Of a stretch of DNA of 55,970 nucleotides, positions 35,290-47,923 are shown piece after piece (the first letter of the stretch is position 1; each line of letters opens with the position of its first letter). This stretch comes from Asterionella formosa. Lineage: Eukaryota. The translations under genes were made by a program, and so were the position numbers. Location of the stretch: NCBI GenBank assembly GCA_002256025.1, contig NKIB01013530.1, forward strand, positions 1-55,970, in the 5' to 3' direction. The notes below the pieces were generated by a model that was not told where the DNA came from, searched no databases, and saw only the letters and a list, made by a program, of their open reading frames with translations.

Positions 35290-36230
35290 TTTTTTTTCTC
35301 AGTTGATTCAACAGCTCGTTTCGCTTGTTGGGGAGCACCAATGTAAAACAAAACAAAATTGGTAAGTGCTCTTGTCGTTGGACTTATTCACTTCTGTTGG
35401 AACATAACCGACGGACACGCCATGTTTAACTTCTCTCAAAGTTAAGCTAACGAAAATGAATCGGTAAGTTTTATTCGACAACATTGGAAGCCTGAAACCT
35501 ACTTATTCAAGAATTTACTGACAATTTACCATATATGCATTAGTTGCTTTGATTTGTTGTAAGTGAAGCAAGAGAACACGATGGAATGGCGTGATGTTGT
35601 GTTAGTGTAACATGACTAGCTAACAAGTCATTCCTTCTCATTGTTTCTGTAACTTCATAGGACAATAAAACCAATCAAACAACGGAATAGTCGGTGAGTT
35701 CAGAATGACACAAACAGCAGGGAGAGAGACAAAGCACTGCTTGGCACAACATTCAAAATAGAGGAAGAAAACGGCAAGACAGGAACAATATACATTGAGC
35801 TGAGTAGGGAGAGAAACGTTGGGTCACTGGCCTGTGCATGGTACCGCATCAAGAGCAAATGCCAGGATGATCAATTGTTGGGATTAAATTTATGGAATGA
35901 CTCATTCCCTTTCAGTGATTCAATAGCTTCTTTTCGATTTGGTGGCCAACAATCAATGTGGACAAAATAAATCGGTAAGTGATATCATCTTTGGATCAAT
36001 CCACAACTGTTAGAAAAACTGACACATGGCTGTGTGTTGCTTCTTTCAGGATAATGGTAAACAAACAGTATTTGTAAGTTACAAACAGCAGCGTTGGAGA
36101 CTATTTATTGATCCTCGATACTTGCTTATTCAATGTTCAACTGACACATTCTTTTACAGTAATATACATCAGTTACTTCCTCAACTTGTGGTAAGTGAAG
36201 ATAGAAGCGAATTGCATGCTGTTGTGTAAG
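35290..36230 (+). pseudogene. Second micro-exon-rich segment
   Basis: Seven GT(A/G)AGT donors at 35362, 35464, 35559, 35694, 35975, 36074 and 36191. Several are preceded 22-33 nt upstream by pyrimidine-AG acceptors. Confidence 0.5.
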
Positions 36231-37167
36231 CAAAACATGAAGAGCTAATCAATGATATGCTTCTTTTTGCTAGCAAGAATATTGGGACAACAAAACGGAT
36301 TCAATAGTAATGGAAACATGCGTGAATGCAAACTCAGATCCGTCAGGAGTAAAAGGAAAGCAGGGGAACAAGGGCAAGGAAACCAGTACAACAACATTCA
36401 GAATTGGATTGGGGGGAAGGTGGAAGTGAAAGCACCAATCACTGCGATGAGAGAATCCTATTTTAGTAGACAGTGACTTCGATGAGAATTAAGATCATGC
36501 TAAGATAGATGCATTACAAAAGTATACACATCATAGGCCCATTTTTTGATGCAATGGTATTATTATACATATGATAGTATCATCATACTTCAACCTCAGT
36601 AAAAGTTTACTGCATGATCATGATTATATGATACATTGATCATATTTTTATCCAAAAATTATCATTTCTGTAAAAATCATGTGCCACTTAGTGTATGATA
36701 CCATTGATCCTATATTCATGATAGTTTTTATTTGCAGACATGGCTATATGAAGTCTACCTATGTAAATCATTCGCCTTCAAACCCAGCCAACTTTCTTCC
36801 GCCCCAAAAATTCGACAAAATAGCCTTTTTCAACGGTCTCCAACTAATTTCAGAATCAGAATCACTAAGTGCCAAAATGTCATCATTGGAATAGTAGTCT
36901 TGTGCTAAATTTTCTAGTTGTAAAATCTCCTGTACAAGAAATCCAGTTTAAGTGCCTGCTGCATTTTTTTATATTTTGATTGTTTACATAGTATAACTTA
37001 CCTCGATTTGATTGGCCCAGTTTGAGAAGTCTTGCAAACCCTTGCAGGGCACAATGGATGCACATGCAAAATTTTGTGTGTGTGTTTGCCAGTACTATAT
37101 CCACTACCAGGTACCTTGGATGAGTGTCTGATCATGATTGATCATACATCATAGACGTACCAGGGTA

Positions 37168-38600
37168 CCACTTAAAAACTGTTAGCCACCGTTGTTTTAC
37201 TCTATCTTTCGACTAACAATATTTATGTAATTCAACGATCAAAGCTTGATGCAAGTACAAAGCTATGTTAGAGAATGCTCTCTGCTATACTATTCAGGAA
37301 TCAGTTTTGATACAGTGCATCTAGCCATGAAGAAATAATTTTTCCAAGTCACTAAGATTATTGCATAGCGGTGGCTTGCAGTGTATATTTTTCTATGTGT
37401 ACATGTATATATTTTCCCCCCAAACTGTGATTATTTTTACTCCGTTAATACTACAATAATTTATTTTCTTATTACTTCACGTTTTACACTTTTGCAGGGC
37501 AGCTTCGTCATCGTTGGAGAATTCTTCTGATGCATTACATTAATCTCAAGCTTCTTTGCATCCAATTACTTGCTTGCGGAGTCTCAAGCTTCTTCATGGA
37601 ATGGTGGATTTACAGTAGCAGTTGTAGAAGGACAGAGAATAGAAACAGGAGGAGGTGCAGTAACAACAACAACAGCAATAGGAGATGTATGGAGAGGGAA
37701 TGGCGGCTGCTGGTTACCACAGTGATTGGTGTTGTCGAATCTTGTAATCAGAGCTTGCCTTGTTTGTGGAATTGGCAAATCACCTGATTGTTTGTACCAA
37801 CGCACCATTAATTTCAATTCTGGCACAGACATCTGTTCTTTTGTTTTGTTCTGTTCCTTCAATGTAAGTACTTTTCCGCGAAGTAAATTGAATTCTTGTT
37901 GCCTTTTTGTTTCTTTTGTACTAATGACAATGTCTGAAAATCGCTTCTGTTCCAGTGTAACAGCAAGAATATTTGGCCCAAGGGCAAAGGTTTGCAGAGG
38001 CCAGTATTCCTGCTGCTATCCTCTTCTTGCGTCCCTCAATGTGTGAATCCGCTGTCTCCTTTCTCTTTCTAACAACCGTTTTGCTCACTACTATCTCCAA
38101 CCTGCCAGTAGCTTGTACCATAAGGAACACCAATACAGACTGTCCAATTGTGTTCTGGGTTGTTTATGTATTCAAGGAGCAAAATGTCAAATCGAGACCC
38201 ATGTCCATCAAGTATTAGGAATGGTGGGGGCCCGTTGTTTTGAGGAAAGATGCCAGAGTCATCCATGTGCTTTAGCATGCCAACCAGAAGCTCTGCAGTG
38301 ATTGAGCCATTTTCCGCACACAGCAGTATGTAGGCAACTGTTTCCCTTCCACATCACAGACTGTTCCTTGTGGATATTGTTTTCCCTTTCCACTGTTGCC
38401 ATTTATGTTTTCATCTTCTCCTTCCCAAGCAGCAAATGGATCTAGGCCAAGCTTCTAGTTCCCTAATCACATTGTTAAGACAAATCTGAACAATGACCAA
38501 CTCTGCAGGAGACAATTTTTTTCGAGGCAAGGCATTGCCTTGTTGAGGCGCTTTCGAGGTCATGATGTTGGTATTGTGATGGGTGATGGGTGATTTTTGT
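37168..38600 (-). mobile_element. Truncated pogo-like (DDE_1) DNA transposon with transposase pseudogene
   Basis: TA|CCACTTAAAAACTG TIR at 37168. About 370 bp shared with 48184-48560. The minus strand gives PFLILDGHGSRF..CIGVPYGTSYWQVGDSSEQNG and a C-terminal ELKLMVRWYKQSGDLPIP. No second TIR found. Confidence 0.85.
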
Positions 38601-39264
38601 GTTTGCATTTAAATTTTGTACTCGTATTTCCTTGGTTTAGCAAATCACTGAAGCGACCCATTCTCGACACACCACCACCATTGCATTCTTTGCTGAAGGC
38701 AAAAAGCGGGACACCAACCGCACCGGTACGTAGAAGGTATGATTCCTATGATTACCTACTACAGCAGGTTACATATCGGTACAAACATGAGACGCACTAC
38801 TACTGCTTGTGGGGAAAAAGAATTTCATGATTGCTATTAGCTACATAGCTAATGGGGTGGGGTACCAGGTACAATATTTCAAACACTACCATCACGTTTT
38901 ACGTCCGGCCCAGTTGCCAGGTACCGTCCATGTATGTAAACTGTGTGCAAATATACAGAGGTTGTGAATTACTGGTATAAATTTTAACATACGCACTATA
39001 ATGATCTACATTTTGTCTATTCTTGTCACCTCACCACTAAGAATACGACAAGTTCGGTTTCCTTGCTGCCGGTAGTGACTAAAATTGAGTTCGCTTCGCC
39101 GTCGCTTCCTTGCTTTACAAGTGACACTGTGTTTGGATTCATTCTATTCTGCTCGTTCAATCTCACCAGGCCTAGAGTAGTGTTAACACCAAGCTAGGCA
39201 GAACGAGGAGAAACGAACGGACGCGAAGTAACCGACAAAACGAAAAGCACAAGCAAGCAAAAAT

Positions 39265-41316
39265 ATGGCGACAGTGCCAGCAGTGGCATCGCCTCCTGGA
39301 GACGACGATACCAGCTTGTCGATATGCGCCACAAAAACTGCTACACCTGCTGTTGAAGACGATATTTTTGTAGAATCTTCGGCTGATAAGGACGACGAGG
39401 GCAAAGGAGAAGTAGACTACGACGAGGACAATGGGGCAACTGCTTGGAATGTTTTGACAACATTGTATCTTCCCATTGTACTTATTTGGCTCCGCCGTAG
39501 CATGTTTGGAACAGCCAATTTGATTCGTTCCCTAATATTGGGGCAACTATTGCATTTGCTGCTGAATTATGTCGCTCCACTTGATCTTCAGAAGCATTCC
39601 TCGATGACAGACTCGTGGTGGGACGCCGTCACGAGATGGTTGCACCTCGCGTTGGCTGGAAGTTCGGCGAACAAACATACAGATGCATGGCCTCCGCCTG
39701 CATTGACAGCGCTGGCTATGTTGACCGTATTTTGCTTCGTCGTTCATCCGGATGGATTGACTTGGATCATGTTGGGCAAAGTTCGGTAAGTCTATTGTGT
39801 CACGTTGTGTTGTGCTGTTGCTCCTCGCTCGTTGTCGAGACTGTCGGTATTTAATTTTTAAGTGTCTCCATGAATTGCGGGAGACGTGGATGTGTTTTTT
39901 GCTTCCAGGTTGCAAAACTGTATGGCTGCTTTTTCACGTCAACCCAGTCGTGCGATCTCACATTATGTTATTTTACTTGAATGCATTCACAGCTCCGCAA
40001 TGTTATCCTTACTACAATCGTCGACGACCTTTTGGACCATGTTGATACATGATTACGGAATCATCTCGACGATTGCAGCGGGCCTGACATTGGCCGCTAT
40101 TGGATGCCTCCTTGCGATCATGCTACGAACGCTCACACCACGGAAACGGGATCGCCTTTCACAACTGCACCACGCACAGCAACACCCAGAGAGAAAGAAG
40201 AAGAAGAAAAAGGGACAGTATACACGCGGTAGAGGGCGTATACGAGCAATAAATACAGCAAGAGCTATTCCAGAACATGAAGAACAGAATGTGGAAACAA
40301 CAGAAGAAGGCCTAACACCCTTGATGCACGATCCAGCAACTGGCTTAATTTTAAATGTGTTGCCACCAGTTCCAGAACCTAGGTCGATATCTCCAGAGAT
40401 TGCTTTACGACCAAGAATTCAGAGCTATTCCACTTTGGAGTCCGTGGTGGCGTCGGCAGACGATCAATCAGCAACATCATCTGTTGGGTCCTTTGCGTCA
40501 GCCCCTACTGTGCAGACGACAATGACAACAAATTCGGATCAATCTATTGCAACTCCTGTTTCAGATGTGCCTATTACTAGAAGAAAAATTATCCATTCTA
40601 AATCATTGCATGGAATGAAAAAGACACAGCCAACCAAGAGGGGAACAAATCTATCGGTAGAACGTGGAGACGGTCAACTTACCCCAGAAAAAACGGCTCG
40701 TGTTGCGAGAAAAGTGCAGAAATCTTTGCGAACTATCAATGCTGAGTTGAAGGATTCAGCTCACGCATCTGCCGTACCTGAAAGCAGGAGCACGCCTCGA
40801 CGCGGACGCGCCAACCCTCGCCAACAAAGGGGTAGCGTTCCAAGTCGGAACCAGCATCCACCTCCGGTGTCTCCCGTGCCATCAGTTGACACAGATTCAT
40901 TCTTCTCCTCTTCTATTTCCCCATATACATTGTCGACCTTGAATGCAGTAGGTTCTTCTTATGTCCCCAAACGTATGCCATCCTCAACTCATTACGGTCA
41001 AGCCCCCATCGGCAGTTCTGCTCCTCCTGGAATACCCATGCAACATAGCCCACTTCTTCCCATTTCGACGAGTTACAGTTCTCCGAGTTATACCCAACCC
41101 TATTTACAAGATGTAGCCAAGTCGCCATGTTGGGGGACTACGCCTGTCAGACCACCACCCGGCTTAGGCGGTCTTCTGGTGTCACATCATCAGTTCGACC
41201 ATACGTCGTATTCCCCAGATTTGAACGAAAATGTCGTGGGGGGAGATGAAAGTAGAATTGAAGCTGAACTACAGGAGCTTGGGGGCCGAATGGTTGGAAG
41301 TATTCTGGATTTTTGA
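39265..41316 (+). CDS. Hypothetical membrane protein, two exons: 39265-39785 and 39993-41316
   Basis: The GTAAG..CACAG intron (39786-39992) joins ..HPDGLTWIMLGKVR to SAMLSLLQ.. in frame. Several TM segments, a KKKKKK patch, a long S/P-rich tail and a structured-looking end IEAELQELGGRMVGSILDF. Confidence 0.8.
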
Positions 41317-41623
41317 TTAAAAGACGATTGCATGAAATACTAGCTATTGAGTTTTTTCAAATGAAGCCTATGTATAACTATTTAGATTTTACAATCATGT
41401 ACAGGTCGCACAGGACGAATCTACTCTCCAGAGCGGGACAATGTTGACTGCTAGGTGGGTCTATCTGATTATCCGGAAAGTAATTGCTTCTGGCGGCTTT
41501 CGTCTCAAGTCCTCAGACAGGGCCCATTGCGTCGTGTACATACTAACATACCAGGTACCACAGGTTAAAAAAATGCAACTTTTCTCCTATTAGCTGGAGC
41601 TGTAAAGATCTTAGTAACATACT

Positions 41624-41697
41624 GGCGCGCTCTGATCATAAAAAAATAATTATATCGTGTGTTAATTAAACACAAATCGTTGTACCCATAACCCCAA
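41624..41697. mobile_element. Isolated end fragment of the Harbinger family found at 42113-44798
   Basis: GGCGCGCTCTGAT..AATAATTATATC..ACACAAATC..TGTACCCATAACCCCAA matches the reverse complement of ~44720-44797. Confidence 0.75.
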
Positions 41698-42399
41698 GGA
41701 CTGTTATGACTTCTCTTCACATTCTAATCATGACTGTGAATTGTGTTATTCCTTTTCCCACAAGTATTTAAGTGGCTGGTCAATGTAAACAGTATTTGGT
41801 GATATGTAGATGTACTCAATGAATACATGTATGTTAAATTTCTTTCAATCAATTTATTTAGATGCTAATGAAATATTTAATGATTGCAAGTTCAAACTCA
41901 TGTGTATGTAACTCATGAAAACGCATTTTTACAAGTAAACCGACCCTCACATAGAAAAATGGTTTGTAGTCTACGTTATCCGTCCCAAAATAAGCTGCTT
42001 GGCACTGAGGGTTCCGACATAATTCATGTGACTGTTATTGGAAGGAGGGAGTACTACTGGTAACTGGTACCTAACATCTAAATACACACAGTGGTATAAA
42101 TTTGTAAATAGTGGGCGCGCTCTGATAATAAAAAATTATTATATCATGTGTGTATTATTGCACAAATTATTCTGGTGATCTGCTACATAATATCGTCCTT
42201 GCGCTCTGATAATAGAGATATTTTAGATTACTTCTCTGACATTATATATATTTTTAACTTTAATTTTCAACAGTTAAATTTTCATATCGATGCATCCTCT
42301 TGTATGCTATGCCGCCTCTTGTTCATTATGTGCATGAGTTCTATATATTCATCATTGTTGGTCACTGACCATGTTGACTTTCATCTCATCTCATCTCCT

Positions 42400-43603
42400 G
42401 ATGATGATGATGATGATGATGATGATGACATTATGATCACATTGCTACTGTTAGCAATGTGCTATCCACCAGTAAATAAGACGCCATCGTTCAGGGAAAG
42501 TTTGACTGTTGATGAGGTCAGAAGAAGAAGTGGCAAAATCCGTTGCCACGCACTACAGTATCCATTATCGAGTTCATTCTGGACTTTGTTCAACAGCAAG
42601 CATGATGATGCTCTGATTACCTTGTGTGGGTTTGACCATTCTTCTTTCCAGCTCCTACACCAGCTGTTCAAACCTTGTTTTTATTCCTTCACTCCCTGTA
42701 GGAAAAAATGGATTTCATTGTTAGAAATTCAACAACAAAGAAAGGTCGGCAAAGATACCTCTGTTGCTTCCATCAGTTGTCTAGCGCTTGGGTTAGCATG
42801 GACCAGGACTCGTGGTTCCTATATGATTCTTCAGATTATTTTCGAATTAACTCATGGTTCTTTGAGTGTTTGGTTGAGGTTTTCAAGGCAAATGATTGTG
42901 AAAGTACTTCTGACACCACATGAAGCTGCCGTTGTGGTGAGACTGCCTACTGCAGAAGAAGCCACCTTGTTTACAACCATGATCAATCAGAAATTCTCAC
43001 TTATAACAAGTTGTTGGGGAGCAATGGATGGTCTGAAACTGACCCTGCAATGGGCTGGAAATGAAACACAGCAGAACAACATCTACAACGGATCATGGAC
43101 TCATGAACACTATGTGACAAACTTGTTTCTTTTTTTTGCCTGATGGCAAAATTCGCTGCTCATATTTCAATGCACCTGGTGTTCTACATGACTCCACCAT
43201 GGCAACTTGGTCATCGATCTATGATCAGATTGAAACAGTTTACAGGGATATAGGTTAAAAAATAGTTGTGAATTCAGCATTTGCATCTAAGAAATCAAAT
43301 GCAATGTTGAAATCGCATTATAATAATGTTGATGCAAATGGTAATCCTCGACAAAGATTTGGTATGAATCGCCAAGCCAACTAAATTTGACAGCTGTCGG
43401 AATGGGGAATGCGATGCCTTCAGGGATCGTTTCCGAGAATCAAAGACAAATTTCGTTATGAAGAAAAAGGTGAGAGAAAAATAATTCTCCAAATGATTGT
43501 ATTGCTCTACAACTCTTGTGCTAGCAAAGTTGATCAGTACCAAATTGCTTCAGTGCTATATATGCCCTATTTGCATAGGAATGCAAATAGATATGCCATG
43601 TAA
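42400..43603 (+). pseudogene. Harbinger DDE transposase (DDE_Tnp_4/HARBI1-like) with frameshifts and a stop
   Basis: LALGLAWTRTRG, WGAMDGLKL, YNG.WTHEHYVTNLF, PDGKI..NAPGVLHDS, VVNSAF and EWGMRCLQGSFPRIKD. A (GAT)n run at 42400-42429 gives poly-Asp. 5' boundary approximate. Confidence 0.85.
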
Positions 43604-43671
43604 TTCAAAGAAATAATTCATTCATGATTATTTACCACCACTTCTTTCATTTTATATTAGAATGAATTAAT

Positions 43672-44700
43672 TTAAGGTTGTTCATCATCACTACTACTAC
43701 CACTGTTGTTTTTTAGTGTTTGACATTGAGTTGAGGCAGACAAAGTTTGTTGTGCATTGGCACCTGCTGTTGAGGTTAGATTTTGGCTTTGCATTGTTTG
43801 CTGCATTGAAATCATGTTCAAAGCAATAATTGAATTCATCATTGCCTGAATGGGATCAGCTCTGTCAGTGGAGGTGGTTGTTTGAGATACCCCACAATTC
43901 AATGATGATGCCATGATTGACATCATCATCATGTTCATCATGTCCTGTTGCTGCAGTTGTTGCTGCTGCAGGTTATCAGTATCAGCTCGAGTAGCCTTGT
44001 GAAGAAACTGCATCGAAAGAAGAGAAAGCACTTTCTCAACAGGCCCAGTATTGCTCGACACTGCCTTATCTCTAAATCGAGGGGACACCATAGGTCGAGG
44101 AAATCTTGAACCAGAGAAATTAGCATAAGCGGCAGATGTTGCTCCACCATTGTCTTCACTCTCCCCAGAAATCGCTATAAAAATCATCATCAACATTTGG
44201 ATCATCAATATTGGGCTCATTGTGCTCCCTCTCTATTCCAAGCAAGATCAGTGGATTCAATCTCAGCACTTGCATCGGCTCGTTGCTCGATTCTTCAAAA
44301 ACTTTGTTTGGCATATCTCACCTCAGCAGGGCATGTTGGGTCCCCAATTGGTTTCTTAACTTTGTGCAGCTGTGTAAACTTTCGGCGAAGTGAAGGTCCT
44401 GTCCATTCTTTGTCTGGGAAATTCTCGTTGTGCTGTGAAGCAACTACTTCCCATTCATGGGACCCAATTAACAGGTGAGTAGAAATGGCGTTCAGTAAGG
44501 GATGAGAGAATCTCATTGATCCTGAACTGTTGACCCCGACTCTGCATGCTTCGGCGAGCCCTTGGAAACGTTGGTGGTCGCCTGGCAGTTGCCGTTCTTG
44601 CAACTGAATTAGTAGGAGCACGTGAAAAATCGTTGTTGTTCCTTGATGGGGACTGAGTAACCCCAGAAACACCAAGGTGCTTACCAGGTTTACCAAATTT
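43672..44700 (-). pseudogene. Harbinger ORF2, Myb/SANT-like (DUF6818-like) DNA-binding protein, frameshifted
   Basis: IGSHEWEVVASQHNENFP..SLRRKFTQLHKVKKPIGDPTCPAEVRYAK followed by an acidic and then an M/Q-rich C-terminal region. Confidence 0.7.
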
Positions 44701-44981
44701 GGTCAACACAAACACAAATTTTGGGGTTATGGGTACAAAGATTTGTGTTATATAATTCACTTGATATAATTATTTTTTATTATTATCAGAGCGCGCCCAC
44801 TGTTTACAAATCTATACCACGGTGCGTATTTAGATGTTAGGTACCAGGTACCAGTAGTACTCCCTCCTTCCAATAACAGTCGCATTATAGACATGGATCT
44901 GGAGCTTAGGGCAAGCCGCTATGGCCCCCCTTGTGCTTCGTCCTCTTAATCGATCCCCTCTTCCCCTTAGTCAAGTAAAAT

Positions 44982-46979
44982 CCCTGCTTAAAGACCTCTT
45001 GAACATGAAACTATTTTTCACTAACATGAACCCAATTGTATAACCCAAATTTACCTGGATCAAAAGCCACTTTGGGTGAAGTGTGAAGCTGTTCAGGATG
45101 ATTCAACTGTAGGTGGTCAACGCAATATAAAAACTTACTTGTCTTAAATTCTTCATCTACAACGTCAATTATTGGTACAGCTGCTAGAAACACCCAAATT
45201 GAAAATTTGGGTGGCCCACTACTATGACGAACTGGGCTATTTAGTACATAATTTAAGGGTATGATATCAAATATAAAATGCTGTGCATCATATGATTCAT
45301 AATATGATAGGATGGAATATTTAAAAAATTTGACAACTGGCATAATTTATTTTCTAAACCCACATAAGTTTTGGGGCTAACTAACAGTATTTTTGCATGA
45401 CTGATCACATAGTTTCTGTATCAACGACAACAACTATTTTTTTGCATCAATCAACTATGACTTCTATGACGGGGAAAGTAAAATGGAAATGCTATTGCAC
45501 TTGCTATTAATGATGTTTTTGTAGTATGACATTTTATATATTATCTGAATGGCTAGTGTACTAGTAATATAGCAAAAATTTCTGAACAGCATGCTGATAT
45601 AAAATCACTGCTCTGCTTGCGTTGGTTGGCAACCTTCAAATTAATTTTCTACAACCTTCTCTTCAAGCACAGCATTAGCTGCTGTTTCACTAGCTAGCAT
45701 CTGGTGATGACTGTTTGTTGTATAACAAGCAATGTTTCCTGCAGCCAAAAAAGGAGAGAAACAAATAAATATGTTAGAATTGCACAACTGATAAAAATGG
45801 CAAAGCGCATAGTCAAATCATCTTGATTCTTACCTTATTTTAAATCTGTCATACTTTCCAATTTTGGATGACATGATACAAAATTCAAGTAAGAACGAAG
45901 CTAACTGTAAACAATCACTTCATGACTTTGACTATTTGCATAAGTTCAATTTGACTGAAACCACCAGCACAGCAGCAATGGCGCGTAATGCTGCTGCAGG
46001 GACAGAAGGTTTGCTTATCAGGACTTGAGACTGCTGGAATGATGGAAGCCGCCAATGCATTGTTTGCTTTTTTGGCAGTCAACGCATCTTACTATCATCC
46101 AAAGGTGAAATCATTCCTAAGCAAAGAGTTCTGATTCTTTGTTTGCTCTAGTAAGATGAAGGATTTGGCACAGAACAGCGTCAATTCATCGTCGATTGCT
46201 GGTTTCGCAACGTCAAAAAGGAGCAAGCAGATGGCAATGATGAAATGGACAGTCAGTCATGATAGTAAATTGGGTGCTCACCTTGCTTGAAGTCAGTAGA
46301 ATCACATTTTCGTATCTGGAAGCGCGAGCTCGCGTTGTTTACAAACACAGTAGTGAATACTAGCTACCAGGCACTTTTCCGCAATTATAGGAGTGGCAGA
46401 TGAATAATATACCAGTACTCGCCAACTGATATATAATAGCTAACAGCAGGCAAGTTGATCCTCACCATCAGCTTCAGACAAATCGTACATTCATCCAGAA
46501 GCTTGGTATTCTTACTATTACAGAATAACCACCCCTTCAATCAACAGCCTAGCCAAATAAAGTTAAGGGTCATTACACATCGTACAAATATTTAAGCCAC
46601 CACATCAACCCAGGAGACCAAATTTGCTTAGGTTTTGGTAACCAATGGCCCATTTATCTACCAAGTATCAGATTTGGTTGATCACACTCCGACCGTAGCC
46701 AAATAGAAGAAGAGCTTCTTGCTTTTCCATTGGATTAGATTGTGGCTGCTTGTTTCGGCAAAATAACGCCTATGGTTTAATAGTGCCGCAACGTACACAC
46801 CTCTGTAGTATTGAAATGATAAACTACAGTGAATACTATACTAGTAAATTGGAATAATACCGACAGCTATATGTAGGAAGCATTTCATGCATAAAAATGA
46901 TAGATTTTTTGCTGAATGTTGTCCTTCCGGTCCTTGACAAACCCAATGAGATATCATTGTCCATTGTCGTCAAAGCAGG
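44982..46979. mobile_element. Putative non-autonomous CACTA/EnSpm-like element (CCCTGC end)
   Basis: Starts AT|CCCTGCTTAAAGAC. Candidate imperfect end GTCAAAGCAGG|AT. The subterminal region is repeated at 26020-26278. Right boundary weak. Confidence 0.35.
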
Positions 46980-47923
46980 ATGCTAAAGGAGCAGCAGCAG
47001 CAGCAGCAGCAGACAAAAAGGATAATTCATTGTCTGTTTCATAAAAGACCAGCGCAACTACTCAAAAGTTGAATTGACTTCGCGCTGTTGAGAGCTGACA
47101 ATCGATTACGATGTACAAGTTTCAAGACGGCATGTATCTATGATGTGCCATCATTGGCAGACTGCTGCATGTGCCTAGCTAGTATCGCTCACTCCTTCCT
47201 TTGAAGATCGACATTATGCTCAAGTCTGTTCAGAATTATGTGAAGTTATGCCATTAGTACTATATATTGAAGAAAAGGTATCTATTTCTATACATTTATT
47301 TATACATATATATTTACTTCTATATGATGCATAGATGACTGATGTCTATTGGCATAGAATGAAAAATGCCAAGAATTGAAAAAAATATCATATCGAAAAT
47401 CTAATTCATTTAGAATAGTATACTAAACCATTTCTATGACCTGCTATTCTTCTTTGAATTCATTCTTACGTTTTTTAGATGGTTTGACATTTTCCACATT
47501 GTCAACATCAACAACCTCCTTTTTTGTGATATGTCCAAGAATAAAAATTTTGCGATTCCAAATCAGCATCCCCTTTCTTCTCCTAACTGAAACATCCAAT
47601 GAGTTTTCCAGCAAGTAGCTGACGTACTTCAGCATAACTCCTAACATAGCACTTCGCATTTGTGATGACATCATGCCTACCTAAGAATCCAACTCAACAA
47701 CATGCCTTTTTGCCATTCTCCCTGATGCCTTCTCCATTGTTGCCTCCTAACAAAATATCTGCAATAACAGTCTCTTCTTCATTTGTCGAGATAACCGTGA
47801 TGATAAAAATTACTTGAAAGCTAATGATGCTGCCTGGCAAAATGTTGCGGCCACAGATATGCGAAATGATTGTCGCGTACTTTTCAAGAAGGTGGGGAAT
47901 TTTAGGTTAAATTAATTGCCCCT

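Larger units (their letters stand above)
42113..44798. mobile_element. PIF/Harbinger-type DNA transposon, two convergent ORFs, non-functional
   Basis: TIRs GGGCGCGCTCTGATAATAA.. at 42113 and ..TTATTATCAGAGCGCGCCC ending at 44798 enclose a transposase and a Myb/SANT-like ORF. Confidence 0.85.

Noticed and set aside
39886..39992. N-terminus of the 476-aa ORF as a separate gene
   Set aside because: It has a GTG start inside the predicted intron. Splicing joins it in frame to the upstream ORF.
41702..42019. Small solo LTR (TGTTATG..CCGACA)
   Set aside because: No matching 4-6-bp TSD and no second copy in the window.
42148..42400. Hydrophobic N-terminal extension of the 331-aa transposase ORF
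   Set aside because: GTG start in AT-rich subterminal DNA. It is likely read-through rather than protein.
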